DNA of 47,188 nucleotides from Perkinsus olseni (Eukaryota): NCBI GenBank assembly GCA_013115125.1, contig JABANN010000253.1, positions 1 to 47,188 of the forward strand, read 5' to 3'. Shown piece by piece: positions 33,113 to 47,188 of this stretch (position 1 is its first letter; each line of letters starts with the position of its first letter). The notes under the pieces were generated by a model. It saw only the letters and a program-made list of their open reading frames with translations, ran no database searches and was not told where the DNA came from. The position numbers and the translations under genes were made by a program.

Positions 33113-35231
33113 ATGACGGCTGCTTCAGAAACATCGATTGCATCACCGGAAAGTGTATCTTCTACCGGCGAGCCACCCCTACCAGGGAGAGCCGATCTAG
33201 ACAGGTAGTAGGTGCTGTGAAAGGGTGAATACAAGCACTGGATAATCTAGGCCCGCGGTCGATAGATGTAACTCCGCAGGTACATAGCTAGCCTTCAAGA
33301 CTGCCAGGCCCTGGCTGAGGATGAACTTGCCGGTAGGTGGCCCCGCGCTTGTTGATCGAATTGGAGATTTTTAGGTGTGATAGCGAGAGCGAGGGAAATA
33401 CTGCAAAAAGAAGATAATGTGAAGCCAGTGCGGTGCCCGGTGACGGTCGTTGGCGACATTCATGGTCAATTCTACGATCTAATGGAAATGTTTAGAATCG
33501 GAGGCTGTACTAAAGGGGACGTTTTCTCGCAAGTCGAACGCTCTTTGCTCATGCAGTTCCTCCGGACACCAACTACCTGTTCCTTGGAGACTACGTTGAC
33601 AGAGGCTACTTTAGTGTTGAGGTTATAAGTCTCTTACTGGCGTACAAAGTGAGGAGCATCGTATTAACTTGACCAATTTTGTATCTTCCCTGGTTGGAGG
33701 TTAGATACCCTGAGCGGATCACGATCCTTCGAGGCAATCATGAGTCTCGGCAGCTGACACAAGTGTATGGATTTTACGATGAATGTTTGCGGAAATACAA
33801 GACAGCAAATGTTTGGAAGATGCTGACCGACGTAGGGGATTGATGATGAGGGAATGATGAGTAGCGGATCCTTCCTCAGCTGTTTGACTACCTTCCCCTC
33901 ACAGCGTTGGTAGAGAACTCTATCTTCTCTATGCATGGTGGTCTGTCGCCGGCAATCGATACTTTGGATGACGTCAGGCAAATTGATAGACTTCAAGAAA
34001 CGCCACATGAAGGTGAGAGAGGTTTCGTAGGCTGTCGCAAGGTATTAATAGACCATCTTCTATTGGCCGTGGCCGCGACTCGAAGAAGTGCCGCCATTCG
34101 CCACTTGTGGCGAGATCTCGGCACCGAGATGTACGGCAGGTGCTATGTGTGACCTCCTTTGGTCGGATCCTGATGATCGTAGTGGGTGGGGTATATCACC
34201 GAGGGGCTCTGGCTATACTTTCGGAGAGGATATATCAGCTCAGGTGAGTCGTTAAGAGTGCTTGATGCGCTTCGCTCTGCTGTGCTCGAGTCGCGACACT
34301 TCTACCATGAAATACACGGCTCAGCTGTTCGGTACGGGCAGTCATAATGGACCCAGCATTAGGGGCAAATCATAGCTCCGCTGAGCGCATCAGATAACAT
34401 GCAGGCTGCCGTTGGCGAGTGGAACACACTCTGATGTCTTCGTCTTCGCGACTTCACATGCACCACCTCGCATGCACACCTTTTCCTGTGTGTTGTGGTC
34501 TATGGCACCTGATACATCAGAACGGCACAACAGTGCGAGGAATTCGCTTTTGGGCATACACTTCCTGCCGTTGATTCTCCTTACTCGTAATCGCCTTCAG
34601 TTCAATCATCATAACGGTCTCAAGCTGATTGCAAGGGCCCATCAACTCATAATGGAAGGCTACAACTGGAGCCACGAGAAAAACGTCGTGACTATATTCT
34701 CAGCGCCAAACTATTGTTACAGGTAGGCTCGTATTGTTCTCTCGCAGCGCGGCTTGAGGGGTGTCTCTGGTAGGTGTGGTAACCAGGCAGCTGTTATGGA
34801 ACTCGATGAGAATATAAGGTAGGAGGGAGAGCGATGATTCCAATTTGGACTGTGCGTTATCTAAAGGCGTGGGGTCGGAGTAGAGTAGTGGTAGTAGTTT
34901 TTGGGTCGATGAAGGTGCATCCACTCATAACTTCTTTACCGCCACTGTTACCCCCAGTTCTGCTGAGATAACCGACGAAGCGAGGCTCCTATGGTCTCGG
35001 TAGACTATCACTATGTATTAAATTACATATCATCATCCATGTCGTTATAGCGATTATCGTTGATCTATGAGTAGTAGTGGTAGTAGCAGAATGTGCCACG
35101 CCGCATGCTAGATGTCGCCTTCGTCTATCTGCCTGAATGCTCTCGCTAGGTATACCTTCCTCCAATTCGATGCAGCTCCGCAACGCGGAGACCCGACGAT
35201 CGTACGGGAACTCCCTGACTACTTCCTCTAG
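33113..35231 (+). CDS. PP2Ac: Serine/threonine protein phosphatase 2A catalytic subunit, copy 1 (multi-exon)
   Basis: Spliced motifs [46 protein letters not shown] and C-terminal LPDYFL*. Confidence 0.95.
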
Positions 35232-36290
35232 TCACTGTAAGGCCTATTGGTTATATTATCGCCATTTTCCTCTGGAGTAAAATAGATGAAATCTTTTGCT
35301 GCGTGTAGATTATCATATTTCAAGAATTATTAATGGGTTGGGGTGTCAATGTCACCGGGACGTAGGTCGTCGTCATTTGACGGTAAGTAGGGGCATCAGT
35401 ACTGGGTGATCTAGGTTTGTGATTCTGATGATTCTGTTTGGTTGGTCCCTTGCAGGCTCAACGGTCGAGCAGAAGAAGAAGGTAGCTGCCAAGGTGACAT
35501 CTTCATAACTTGGCGTACTTGTTCGACAGACAGTACAGGGCCGCGCATGAGGATTCGGATTAACACCAAGTCACTGATGCGAGCAAATCCAGTAAGTGAT
35601 CGATGGCATCGCTTAGGACTCTGAGCTTGAGGCCAAGTACGGCTAGTCCGTGCTGCAGTGGTGGAATATTTTCAGAGTCCAGCAGTGAAGCCACCAGCCT
35701 TCGAATTATCACTCAGTTCGCACTCCAGTGCTGAGATGGCTGGCATCGGTTGTTATCCTGTAATATATGACTGCCGCCGCCCAGTAGTTTCCAACTACTC
35801 AGAGAATGCGCGATGATGGTCGGGCAGGAATAGGTTGATATACCTGCAGAACCGGCTAGGCTCGAGAGAAAGCCGTTCTTAAGAATTTAAATTTAGAGCT
35901 GCAGCGTCGGTGGTATACTCGAAGCTCTAACGGGGTTTCCGTACAATCCTGGTGATGAAAATTTATCGCTGTAAATTGAAAATCTACGCGAAGTTGGCCA
36001 GCTTTTGCGTCAAAAACGAGAACGCAACGATGATATTTGCCAATACTTCTGGCAATAAATTAGGAAGCTAGCCGTAGCGGTTGAAGGAAGGTCAGCGGTG
36101 AGTAAGCTTGAAGTTTCAAATCACGGAAATCTTGAGCAAACGCTCCTTGGCCTTAACCAGCTGTTGTGATTCCACGACGAGAATGTTGAGTTCCACGTTG
36201 GTATCTAAGGTTGAAGCTGGGGGCTCACAGATCGTGAGTTGTGTCAGTTTTTTGCTGCTGTTAATGTATAATAGCGGTCGTGGGGGAGCG

Positions 36291-38240
<1,950 letters not shown>

Positions 38241-38290
38241 TTGATGTGAGGCCCCCTAGCGGGTGCATCATCAGCCGTTTCTTTCGAGTA

Positions 38291-38422
38291 AAATATATGA
38301 AGGCTTCTACTGTGTGTAGATTGTTATATTTCACGAAACGATGACGAGTTGGCTTGTCAATATCACAGGGACCGTCCCTCAGGGACGTAAGTCGTCGTCA
38401 GGCGACGATAAGTGGGAGCATC
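38291..38422. repeat. ~130-bp sequence repeated at 39603-39731, with a more diverged copy at ~35280-35398
   Basis: tatatgaaggcttct...ttatatttcacgaaacgatga.gagttggcttgtcaatatcacagg...cagggacgtaagtcgt.gtcaggcgacgataagtggga. Confidence 0.85.
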
Positions 38423-38469
38423 CTTATGAAAAAAACTCTGTTTAACAGCAGTAAGCCGGTGCTGCTCAC

Positions 38470-39326
38470 GACGGTCATACCAAATTTATGGAGTGATACC
38501 GAGAGAGATCAGCTTTGCCCAGTTCCCACGTCAGTGCGTTTTTGGAATTCAGGTCGATGCTCCTCTTAGTAAGAGGGAACAGAAAGAAATCGAGAGGGAG
38601 ATCGGTAAATTGCAAGAAAATAACGAACTACAAGTCGTGGGTTACTCGATACTAGGTGCAGGCAAGGCCGAACGCCAAGCCCTGGACAAGAGCCCTGAAG
38701 GTGGACTGGACACGCTGACGATTATAACACATAGGCGGGAATAGGTAGAATTTATATCCCGGTTCTGCTGATTTGTACTTCTTTTCCGTCACCTTCAATA
38801 TTTCTACTTCGTCGGAACACTCCACCCTGCGTACTCGAATGACTCTTCAGATGTTGGCGTTTCTACACCATTTTTCGGTAAAATACAATAGTAGTATTCC
38901 CTTGGTCTTAGGCAATCTTCGATGAACAAACTAACTTGCGAAAGAATCTAGAGTGGCGACTTGAGGCAATGAGACAATTAATGAATAATATGGAGGCCGA
39001 GCTTGAGAGGATCGCAGAGGTGATCAACGAATTCCCATGGGATCGAAACTGATTAATAGTTAGATCTCTTCAGGACTACAGCCAGTTAGAAGGGAATCAT
39101 CTTAACGAGCTTTCGAAAGTACGGGATATGCAGCGGAAGAACGAGGCCGAACGAGAAGGCATTATCAAGGTTCGCTAGTCTGTCGTTTTTTTCTACGGAA
39201 GTGAGAGACTCTCACAGCGATCAGGCTCGCGACGAAGCTCTCGAAGCCAACAAAAAGCTCAGGGAAATCCTCCGAGATAAGGACTCCTTATTAAGGAGGG
39301 CGCTCTTAGGCTCCGGACGAATATAA
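38470..39326 (+). CDS. Hypothetical coiled-coil protein, multi-exon
   Basis: Intron-bounded exons VDAPLSKREQKEIEREIGKLQENNELQ, AIFDEQTNLRKNLEWRLE, NELSKVRDMQRKNEAEREGIIK and ARDEALEANKKLREILRDKDSLLRRALLGSGRI*; start unclear. Confidence 0.5.
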
Positions 39327-39856
39327 CGATCGCGCTGAGGAATAAGATAGTCACGCAGGTGGTATGCTACGACTGATAAAGGGTGACAAATTCGATTGTG
39401 CTATGTTAGCAGCGTATGACTCTCAGGAGATGCTGCTGCGCGGATACAGAAGAAAAGAGCAGGGCGAAAGAGCTTCCAAGGTCTCCTTGTGCGGGGAAGC
39501 TAGTAGTACGGATGAGATCACTGGCTGCTTCGTTTGAAAGAGGATATACGGTGGCCAATTCTCCTAACACCATTATTTCCCAAGCGTAGGGAATTTCACC
39601 ACATATATGAAGGCTTCTTTGTGCGTAAATGGTTATATTTCACGAAACGATGATGAGTTGGCTTGTCAATATCACAGGAACCGCCACTCAGGGACGTAAG
39701 TCGTTGTCAGGCGACGATAAGTGGGAACATCGAGGGCTCTCGAGGCTCAAAGCTCGCGCAAAGCTCAGGCAGCCACGGGGCCTTCGCAGCTGAGGCTGCT
39801 GCGCTTGGTTGCTATCGCTATACGGAGTCTTGCCACCCTGTAGTGTCTACCATCTT

Positions 39857-41711
39857 ATGACTATGTCCATACCCCGAGACCATTATGAACGCCTCAGAGA
39901 ATACACGGCATTACTCGAGTTGAAGCAGATTGAGTTAACTGCCGAGCAGGAAAGGCTTGAGAAGCATCATTCCGAAGAATTAAGAGTGAGAACTTTAGCA
40001 TAGGCAGGAAAATCACAGTTACTAAACAGGGGCTAGTGGTTCTATGACCGTCGTTTGTGAGACTTCTGCGTGGTAATCTCGCGCTAAGGCTATCCGAGTG
40101 ATGCCGATGTCTCAGCACCACTAGCAACCATCTACTAGTAACATAGTTATCTCTTCTGTCAGCAACGCCAAGCGGTCTACAGCAAAAATCTACATGAAGT
40201 TCATCATCTCTTGCGACGAGAACTGGAACGGAACCATGAGCTTGAGAAAATCTGCCAAAGCTTCCAGCAGCAGAATGAAGAGCTTAAAGCAGCAGTCGAG
40301 GGAGAGTCAACGGTGAGCAAGCTGGTATATCCGATCAGACCAAATCTACCGTCCAACCGTTGAACATACCGGACCGGTCTATGTCAAAGTAGACCGGATC
40401 TACTAGATCTCCATAGACTCCGAGATCAAACTTCAGTAGTACGCTGCGACTTTCTTCGGAAGGTGATTGTCTAATATACTACATGATCTATCTGGCAGAT
40501 TCTTCAGCCAGTGGACGAAGAGAGAGAAGCGCTTGAGTTGTCGGACGGAGGGCAAGGGTGTAGCACCGAGCCATCGGAGCTTGTTGAGGTGCGCGTTCCA
40601 GAGCCTACCACTCGCTTTTATAAGTACCCGAAATTCGGGTCCCGAATCAGGCTTGTGGAAGACCCTCGGTCACAGCTCAGGATGTTATGGGGCTTTGCCT
40701 TGAGAGAGAGATTGACTGCCTCGTGCAGGAACATCGGCGAGAATTGATACATCAAGTCGGACTTCCCTGCGGCTAACAGTTCGGAACTGAAGTTCCGTGA
40801 ACTGACTCAGTTCACGGCTCGTATCGTAGGTTGAAAGATACAAACTTCCCGCTGTCGAAGAATGCCCGATAACGATCAGAGAGCTGAAAGAAAATCTCCA
40901 CCATGTGATATTGGTAGGAAACTGTTTCACATTTTAAGTTGATACGCGTCCTAGGACTCCCACGCTGGGAGCCAAAACACGTTAGTTGATGACAAAGTAT
41001 GTCTTCTCAAGGTGGAGTTGGCAAAATACGAGAGGTCGATCGTCAACAAATGGATAGAAGAGGAAAGGCGGAGGAATCTGGAGCAGGGTGAGAGCGCCCA
41101 CCTTTTTACAGTGGCCGATGATGTTTTCTAGCCTTACCAAACTGGTGGGCGGACGTAAATTGGGTTTCCAAATGTGATTTTCTCCGACACTGATGTCTTC
41201 ATACCCTGACAATATTTACTCTCAAACATCATCTTCCAGTATTCCTCGATGTGCTCGGGATTTTAAGGCTTCATTGGGTTCTACTTTTCCCAGTTATTGA
41301 AAGACTAGACGCCGGAGAACGGAGCAGAGGAGCAACGGAGGAGGAAGAAGGTGTTCTTGACTCGGGAAGGTACCTCATAGCTCTAAACGGATCGCCATCT
41401 ACTAGCGAGGCTTCCTGAGCATGTGCCCGATAAGCGCTCAGTATCTCCTCCTCAGTAATCGTAGTATGCTAAACCGTTCTGTATTTATTCCCGGAGCTGC
41501 GCAGCCGCCTCCCTTGGACGAATCAGAAGTGCGTAGTGGACTATCAACCTTCACCTACCAGCTAGAGCTTTTATTGCCCGCAGGTGGAGAGTTGGCGTCT
41601 GTCTTCACTTCCATCGTCGCGCCCCGATGACTCTAACACATACAGGGAAAGCCTATCAAGCTCAACAGCAACTCCTCCAAGCTCACCAGGGAAAGTGAGC
41701 AGCAGGATTAA
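39857..41711 (+). CDS. Hypothetical coiled-coil protein, multi-exon
   Basis: MTMSIPRDHYERLREYTALLELKQIELTAEQERLEKHHSEELR, LRRELERNHELEKICQSFQQQNEELKAAVEGEST and VELAKYERSIVNKWIEEERRRNLEQ, separated by GT-AG introns; 3' end uncertain. Confidence 0.55.
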
Positions 41712-41994
41712 ATCCTGAGGATTTTGTTCGAATGATCTTAGTGCTGAAGTGCGTTTTCTCAGAGCATCGAAGTTGATTTGGCTTCTTGCTGAGCTCGGAA
41801 CGATTGAAAAGCCGCAAGACCGGCGGTCTCTGTCAGAGACTCTCTAAAGGCCTTCCTGAGGAGGATGTGAGAAATCGCGCGTGCGAACTTTTACCACAAG
41901 CGATTACGGCTTTCCTGTCTTCTAGATACGACGATTCTGCTTGATAATCAAGCCTTGATTGTTTGCTACCTGCTAGCAGCAGGCTGCTACTGTC

Positions 41995-44800
41995 AGTAGC
42001 GCATCATATGACAATGCTCGACATGGCCTGATAAGTTCTTCCAAGTGATGCGAAAGTCACTTGATGTACCACAGTATTCAACGTTGTTGTGTCGCCTTTT
42101 TACGATGTCTAGTTGGTCATAAGGGGTCCTCTAGTAGAGAACCATTGATACACATCACCCGGGCGCCCTTCACGTTAACAAGCTTCGTCGTTGGGCTGTG
42201 CCGTCGACGTTCAGGATACACCGGCTTCAGTTTGTTTTCTCTTCCCCACTCAGCTAATATCAGTGTGTGCGGGAGGGAGGGGGGATGAAGTGATTCTTAT
42301 TAATCTTATTCTGAGATCCCAGCCTATAACGCTTCCCGAAGGCCTCTCAACTGATCTCACACGCGTGCTACTGCCAACATCGCGCTCCCGTATGTGCACG
42401 CACACATAATCGTCGTCGTGTGTTCTCCTTCACACAGTGAATTCCACTGAGTCGCTTCAACCAGGTCGTCTTAGCGAGGATTTGACACAGAGTCGGTTGG
42501 TGTAGCCAGGCTGCCTGGCCCAGGCAGGTCCTGCACGATTCTGTGACGGATTATGCTTAATCCACGACGTACATCTGTAGTACAGATGTACGTTTATCTA
42601 AGTACCCAATCTAAGTACAGATTCTGTACTTAGATTGGGTACTTTGTGCTTGAGCTTCAACTTGGGCCTCACAGTAGAACTGGTTTTTCCCGCTCGCTAG
42701 GGGAGTCTTTTTAGGAGTCGGGGCGGGATCAGTTCTGTGTCTCCTAGCCATGCCAAAAGGAATCGAGGCTGTTATATCGTCGAACAAAGCAAAGGGCTTC
42801 AAGTTGGCTCGCTTATGTGGCATGTTCAAGGCGAAACGAGATGTGAGACATACGCTTTAGATTGCCCGACAATCTTGCGCGATAGTCATTGTCGTGCAAG
42901 CGCGAGTCTACCGACACAGACTGAATCGAATAGCGTTGTTGCCGACAACTTGTTGGGAACATTTTCTTCAGGAGACTTCTACGGAGGACCTTCTTAAGAG
43001 GTTAGCTTGCACGAAACAGAGAGTTCAGGAACTGCAGGAGTGGAAGGTCGCATTCCTAGCGGAATGGAACTTGGAAGTGAGTGAACGATACGATAGCCAC
43101 AAAGGTCCTCGATGAGGACCTCGAGCTTATGCTCTCCGATTTTTGTGGTAGAGGCACCGCCTAAAGGCAGATCTTGAAGAAGCCATACGGTCTTCAGGAG
43201 AGAAACATGATGAACTGTGGGGAATCCAAGAGGTCGCAATGGCCCTAGGCCAGCGTTATGAGTCCCGTAACGGGACTCCTGTTACATATTACCGGTCGAA
43301 CTGGCATTGATTGTTGCTCACTCATCAGGAACCAGAGGCAGAGGAGGAGCCCTGGGCGTTGGATGAGGAACTGGAACGACAATTTGATATCCGATTTTGA
43401 GGCTCGAAGAACGGCGGAGCTTTTTTTATCAGCTGCCAATCCGGTGAGCTCGAGTTATGAGTGCGCCTCCTCACCGGTAGCTCCTTCGAAGGCCTCAGAG
43501 GAGATTCGACACCTCGACGAGCTTCGTGTCTGAAATCTCTATTTGAGCTGGATTTATTTGCAGGATGGCCCGTAATGCCTCTACATCTTGCTCACCTTCT
43601 GAAAGTAGCGCTACCTATTGTCTTGTTGATGATCCCTGGAAGGACGTGAGATGACACTCGCACCGTTACTAGTTGCGACCACTCGTTCATCAGATATGAT
43701 CGTCATAGTAGCGCATCATCATATGATGATGCTCCTCATGACGTGATAAGTTCTTCCAAGTGATGCGAAAGTCATTTGATGTACCAGAGTATTCAACGTT
43801 GCTGTGTTACCTTTTTTACGATGTCTAGTTGGTCACGAGGGGTCCTCTGGTAGAGGTTTGTCCTGCGAGTCTTACGGCCCGACCAGGCTGACCGAAGTGG
43901 AATGCGGCAACCCGGAGTTTATCGCGAGGGAAGCTGGATCTGATACACAGTCGATCGGCGGAGCTACTGTAGATTTATTCTACACCATCTAATGATGCAT
44001 TACGCAAAATTCATCATATCAAGCGCTACCGGGGCTTCAGCAATGCTCAGCATAGAAAGCGCAGAGCTAAATCAGCATAGAGTTCAGAGTAGATCGGCTC
44101 GTTCTTTTTGTGCTAAGGAAGTTTTCCTTCATTTCGGGAGAAGGCCCACTTCCTATCGTTCATCATGGCTGAAGAAGTCGAGGCTGTTAGGGTGCCGAGA
44201 AGAACAAGAGGCTTCAAGTTCCATCTCTTATGTGGCATGCTCAAGCCGAAACAGGATGTGATGCCATCACTATAGTCTATAGATTGTGGTGCATCTTTCA
44301 ATAGTGTGTATCGCCAATCTACCCGATAGACTATCGGTATGGGCTGAATTGCGTAGCGTCGTTATCATCGGTATTACCGACTCAGTAACTAACCGACGAC
44401 GTGTTGAGGACATTGTTCTCAGGCGACGTCTGCGGCGAACATTCGTGCGAGGTTATCATACCGTGAGAGTCTGTTGCAGGAGCTGCAGGAGAGGGAAAAA
44501 GTAGCTACAACCCAGAGGGACTTGGAGGTGTGCAAGGGGTATGAGGGCGGTCTTTCGAAGACCGAGACCCGGTCACCGGGTCCTGAGTGTCATATCCTTG
44601 CCATGAAGCAGCACAACCGGAGGTGCCATATAAAAAGAGTACAGAGTGTAGTTGGCCACAGACCAGCAGAGTGTGTCCACTAGTAGGACAATAAGTGCAA
44701 AGAGACTGGTATCCGCAACCGTGGGGCAATGGGGAATCTGGCGGTTTCACGGTTACACATTTAGGCGGGCGCTATACAAAGATACTGAGAAAAGGCGTGC
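41995..44800. repeat. Tandem ~1.7-kb duplication containing degenerate coiled-coil exons
   Basis: 41995-42140 is nearly identical to 43706-43855; 42760-43110 resembles 44170-44570. Confidence 0.7.
42567..42644. repeat. Two adjacent perfect palindromes (13-bp and 22-bp arms, each with 1-nt spacer)
   Basis: acgtacatctgta-g-tacagatgtacgt and aagtacccaatctaagtacaga-t-tctgtacttagattgggtactt. Confidence 0.95.
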
Positions 44801-45018
44801 GAATCTCACATCAGGACCCTTGCTCTCTTGCTGTCAGAGAACTTCCAGTAGGTGTGGGCGTTGCTAACTTTTATGAGTTATCGATGAAAAACATTCAATT
44901 AATGCTCAGCGAAATACTTCAGCTTAGCTCGGTCTCGGTATTCAAGACCACCTGAATTATTCAGGCTGAATATACGGTACTGTTCCATCCGAAACTCTGA
45001 TGGTATGGTTTGTCCAGG

Positions 45019-45283
45019 GCCACGCCTCAGAGATTAGACAAAGATACGCCTCAGAGATTAGGAAAAGCCACGCCTCGGGGATTAGACAAACCCACGCCTC
45101 AGGGATTAGACAAAGCCACGTCTTCCGGGCTTGGACAAAGCCACGCCTCAGGGCTTAGACAAAGCCACGCCTCAGGGATTAGACAAAGCCACGCCTCAGG
45201 GATTAGACAAAGCCACGCCTCAGGGATTAGACAAAGCCATGCCTCAGGGATTAGACAAAGCCACGCCTCAGGGATTAGACAAA
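45019..45283. repeat. 24-bp minisatellite, 11 copies
   Basis: Unit gccacgcctcagggattagacaaa; copy 5 is 25 nt. Confidence 0.95.
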
Positions 45284-45409
45284 ATGATCATGAGATAACT
45301 TAGTTATCATAACTAACCCATATCCTTCGGTACACTTCTCTCGCTCTCATCAATCATGTTTGCCGTAACGGAAATGCCGTTTTTCCCTGTGGTAGCGGCA
45401 CCGCCTAGA

Positions 45410-47000
45410 AGCATGCATGGAAGGTATTCTCCGATCAAAAGGGAAAGAAGCTGAATTATGCCAAATCAAAGAGGTGCTAGCAACTTAGCGCTACGAGCCC
45501 CGTTCCCTTAAATCTACTTCGTCTCTGAGCTCTGGCTATTCCCAATCAGGAGCTTCACAACAAGCCGGTCGCCCTAAAGGAGACGAGTAGTATGGATGAG
45601 CAGCCTCACAAGGTGCCGAAAATGCTGAAGGCACAGGAAGAGTCTGGGAGGCTTCACGAGGTATGAGGATTTCGCGATCGTCTACCTTTGCGCGGACGTC
45701 ATAGGCGAATGCTACGCAGATTCGACTCCCTTCTAGGGTGCCGGATCTAGGCGCTTATCTAGAGTGGCCCTAGTGCTACGTCGCAAAAAATTAGCGCACC
45801 CGTTTTCCGACTCTTGGACTGCCACGTGATTCACGTGACGTGAACGAGCTTCACTCGTCGTGTACACGCCGTGAACCATACTGCTACTCAGGGAGCTATG
45901 TTCCTACGCTTCGCAGGAAATGAGCTCCAACTTTCGTGGTGACCACGACGTGGTCTAACTCTTCATTGCTCCGTAGTTTGTGAGAACTCGAAGAGTCGTA
46001 AAATATTTCCGCGGCAAATTTTTAGCATACACGGCCTGAAATCGGACCTCAAAACACCGACTTTCCCTTCAGTATTGCTGAAGATGATGAACTTCATCAT
46101 GTTTAACAATGCTCTCTCAATGTACTTGTACTCCTCAGGATATCCACGCGAAGCATTTGATTGGAGTGCTGGAAGAAAGAGTATCCAGTCTGTCGAGGTC
46201 TTTGGAAAAGCAGAAGGTTGCACTGCGGAAGGTGACTGGCCCTTCCTTTCTTAGAGCCCTTCTGCCACTGATATTCCGTGCGCATTGCAATATATTCAGG
46301 AAACAGTGGCCCGCAAGACAGCTGAGCGTAAACTTGCAAAAGTAGAAGGTACCCTCAGGAGTAAAGATGCCGAATTGGAGAGAAGGAATAAGGTACGAGT
46401 ATCGGTGCTAATACCGATACTCTATACGCCTCGATATGCCAAGACCATTCGCAGTACTGACCTTGGGCCTAAGCTCAGTACTGCCGATCAAGATTTCCGC
46501 ATGCGCCTAAGCCTTAGGCACATGCGGAAATCTTGGTGGTGGACGGGTCTCAGATTTATGGATTGTTCGAAGACGTGGAATTGTCTCGGCGCAGCCAAAA
46601 TAACTCCGAGACCCCATCGGGAACAGGTGCTCTTGGATGAGAAGCGCTTGCGGGTGAGTTCCGATACAAGGCTGCGGGAAGTGACAAAATCATTGGAGCA
46701 GAAGGAGGCCGAGCTACTTGAGGTGACTGTGGGATGTACTTGTCAAAATCACCATGAACGCGTCTCTGGGGATTGGGCCAGGAGCAAGCGGCACGCCACG
46801 CAGTTGAGCAGGACAGGGCTGAGGGAATTAAAATGCGCGAAACAACAATAGAGGAGCTTCGACTTCGTCTGGTGACAAAGGTAACAGAGTTGCAGCGACT
46901 GAGTTCACTTTCTGCGTATGACCTTCAGAATAGAAGGTTGTGCATTTTGGAACAAGAACTCCAACGAACTGGCAATCGCCATTATAGCAGGGTTATGTAA
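45410..47000 (+). CDS. Hypothetical coiled-coil protein built from phase-0 exons
   Basis: Exons ELHNKPVALKE..., DIHAKHLIGVLEERVSSLSRSLEKQKVALRK, ETVARKTAERKLAKVEGTLRSKDAELERRNK, VLLDEKRLRV..., EQAARHAVEQDR... and NRRLCILEQELQRTGNRHYSRVM*, with ag/gt boundaries; 5' end may lie further upstream. Confidence 0.6.
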
Positions 47001-47188
47001 TTCAGTGAAATCTCGCGGGCGAAATTTCAGAGTGAAATATTTCATGAAATTTCGCCAAAAATTTCATGAAATATGAAATTCTGATTTTCGGGCGCGCGCA
47101 AACGCGCGCGAGAATTTCTAACTATCGAGGAGTCTTTTCTTATTCGTATTGGCGGCATTGGCGGCGGATTAACGGAGTTGGTCCTAGG

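Overview
Eukaryotic, intron-rich DNA with short GT-AG introns, standard genetic code and roughly balanced GC; it reads like an alveolate, plausibly Perkinsus (inference). The left ~19 kb is a fast-evolving accessory region. It holds six intronless paralogous genes for small secreted prepro-peptides ending in a hydrophobic 8-cysteine core (three intact, three disrupted), a secreted protein with a C-terminal NLS-like motif, and a segmental duplication. Between the two duplicated copies lie a broken intron-containing Mutator-like (MULE) transposase, a coiled-coil gene with tandem TQT motifs and a 40-bp minisatellite. The right part carries a multi-exon PRP38B-like splicing factor, a tRNA-like fragment, two tandem PP2A catalytic subunit genes and several coiled-coil genes. 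At least ten perfect '7-8-7' scars (8-mer minus last base + reverse complement of the 8-mer + 8-mer minus first base) occur across the window, plus longer palindromes with 1-nt spacers. They match hairpin-type (hAT-like) transposon excision footprints; one frameshifts a peptide gene and a 53-nt palindrome breaks the MULE. The two best leads are the Cys-rich peptide family and this footprint signature. Exon boundaries were read by eye and are approximate.
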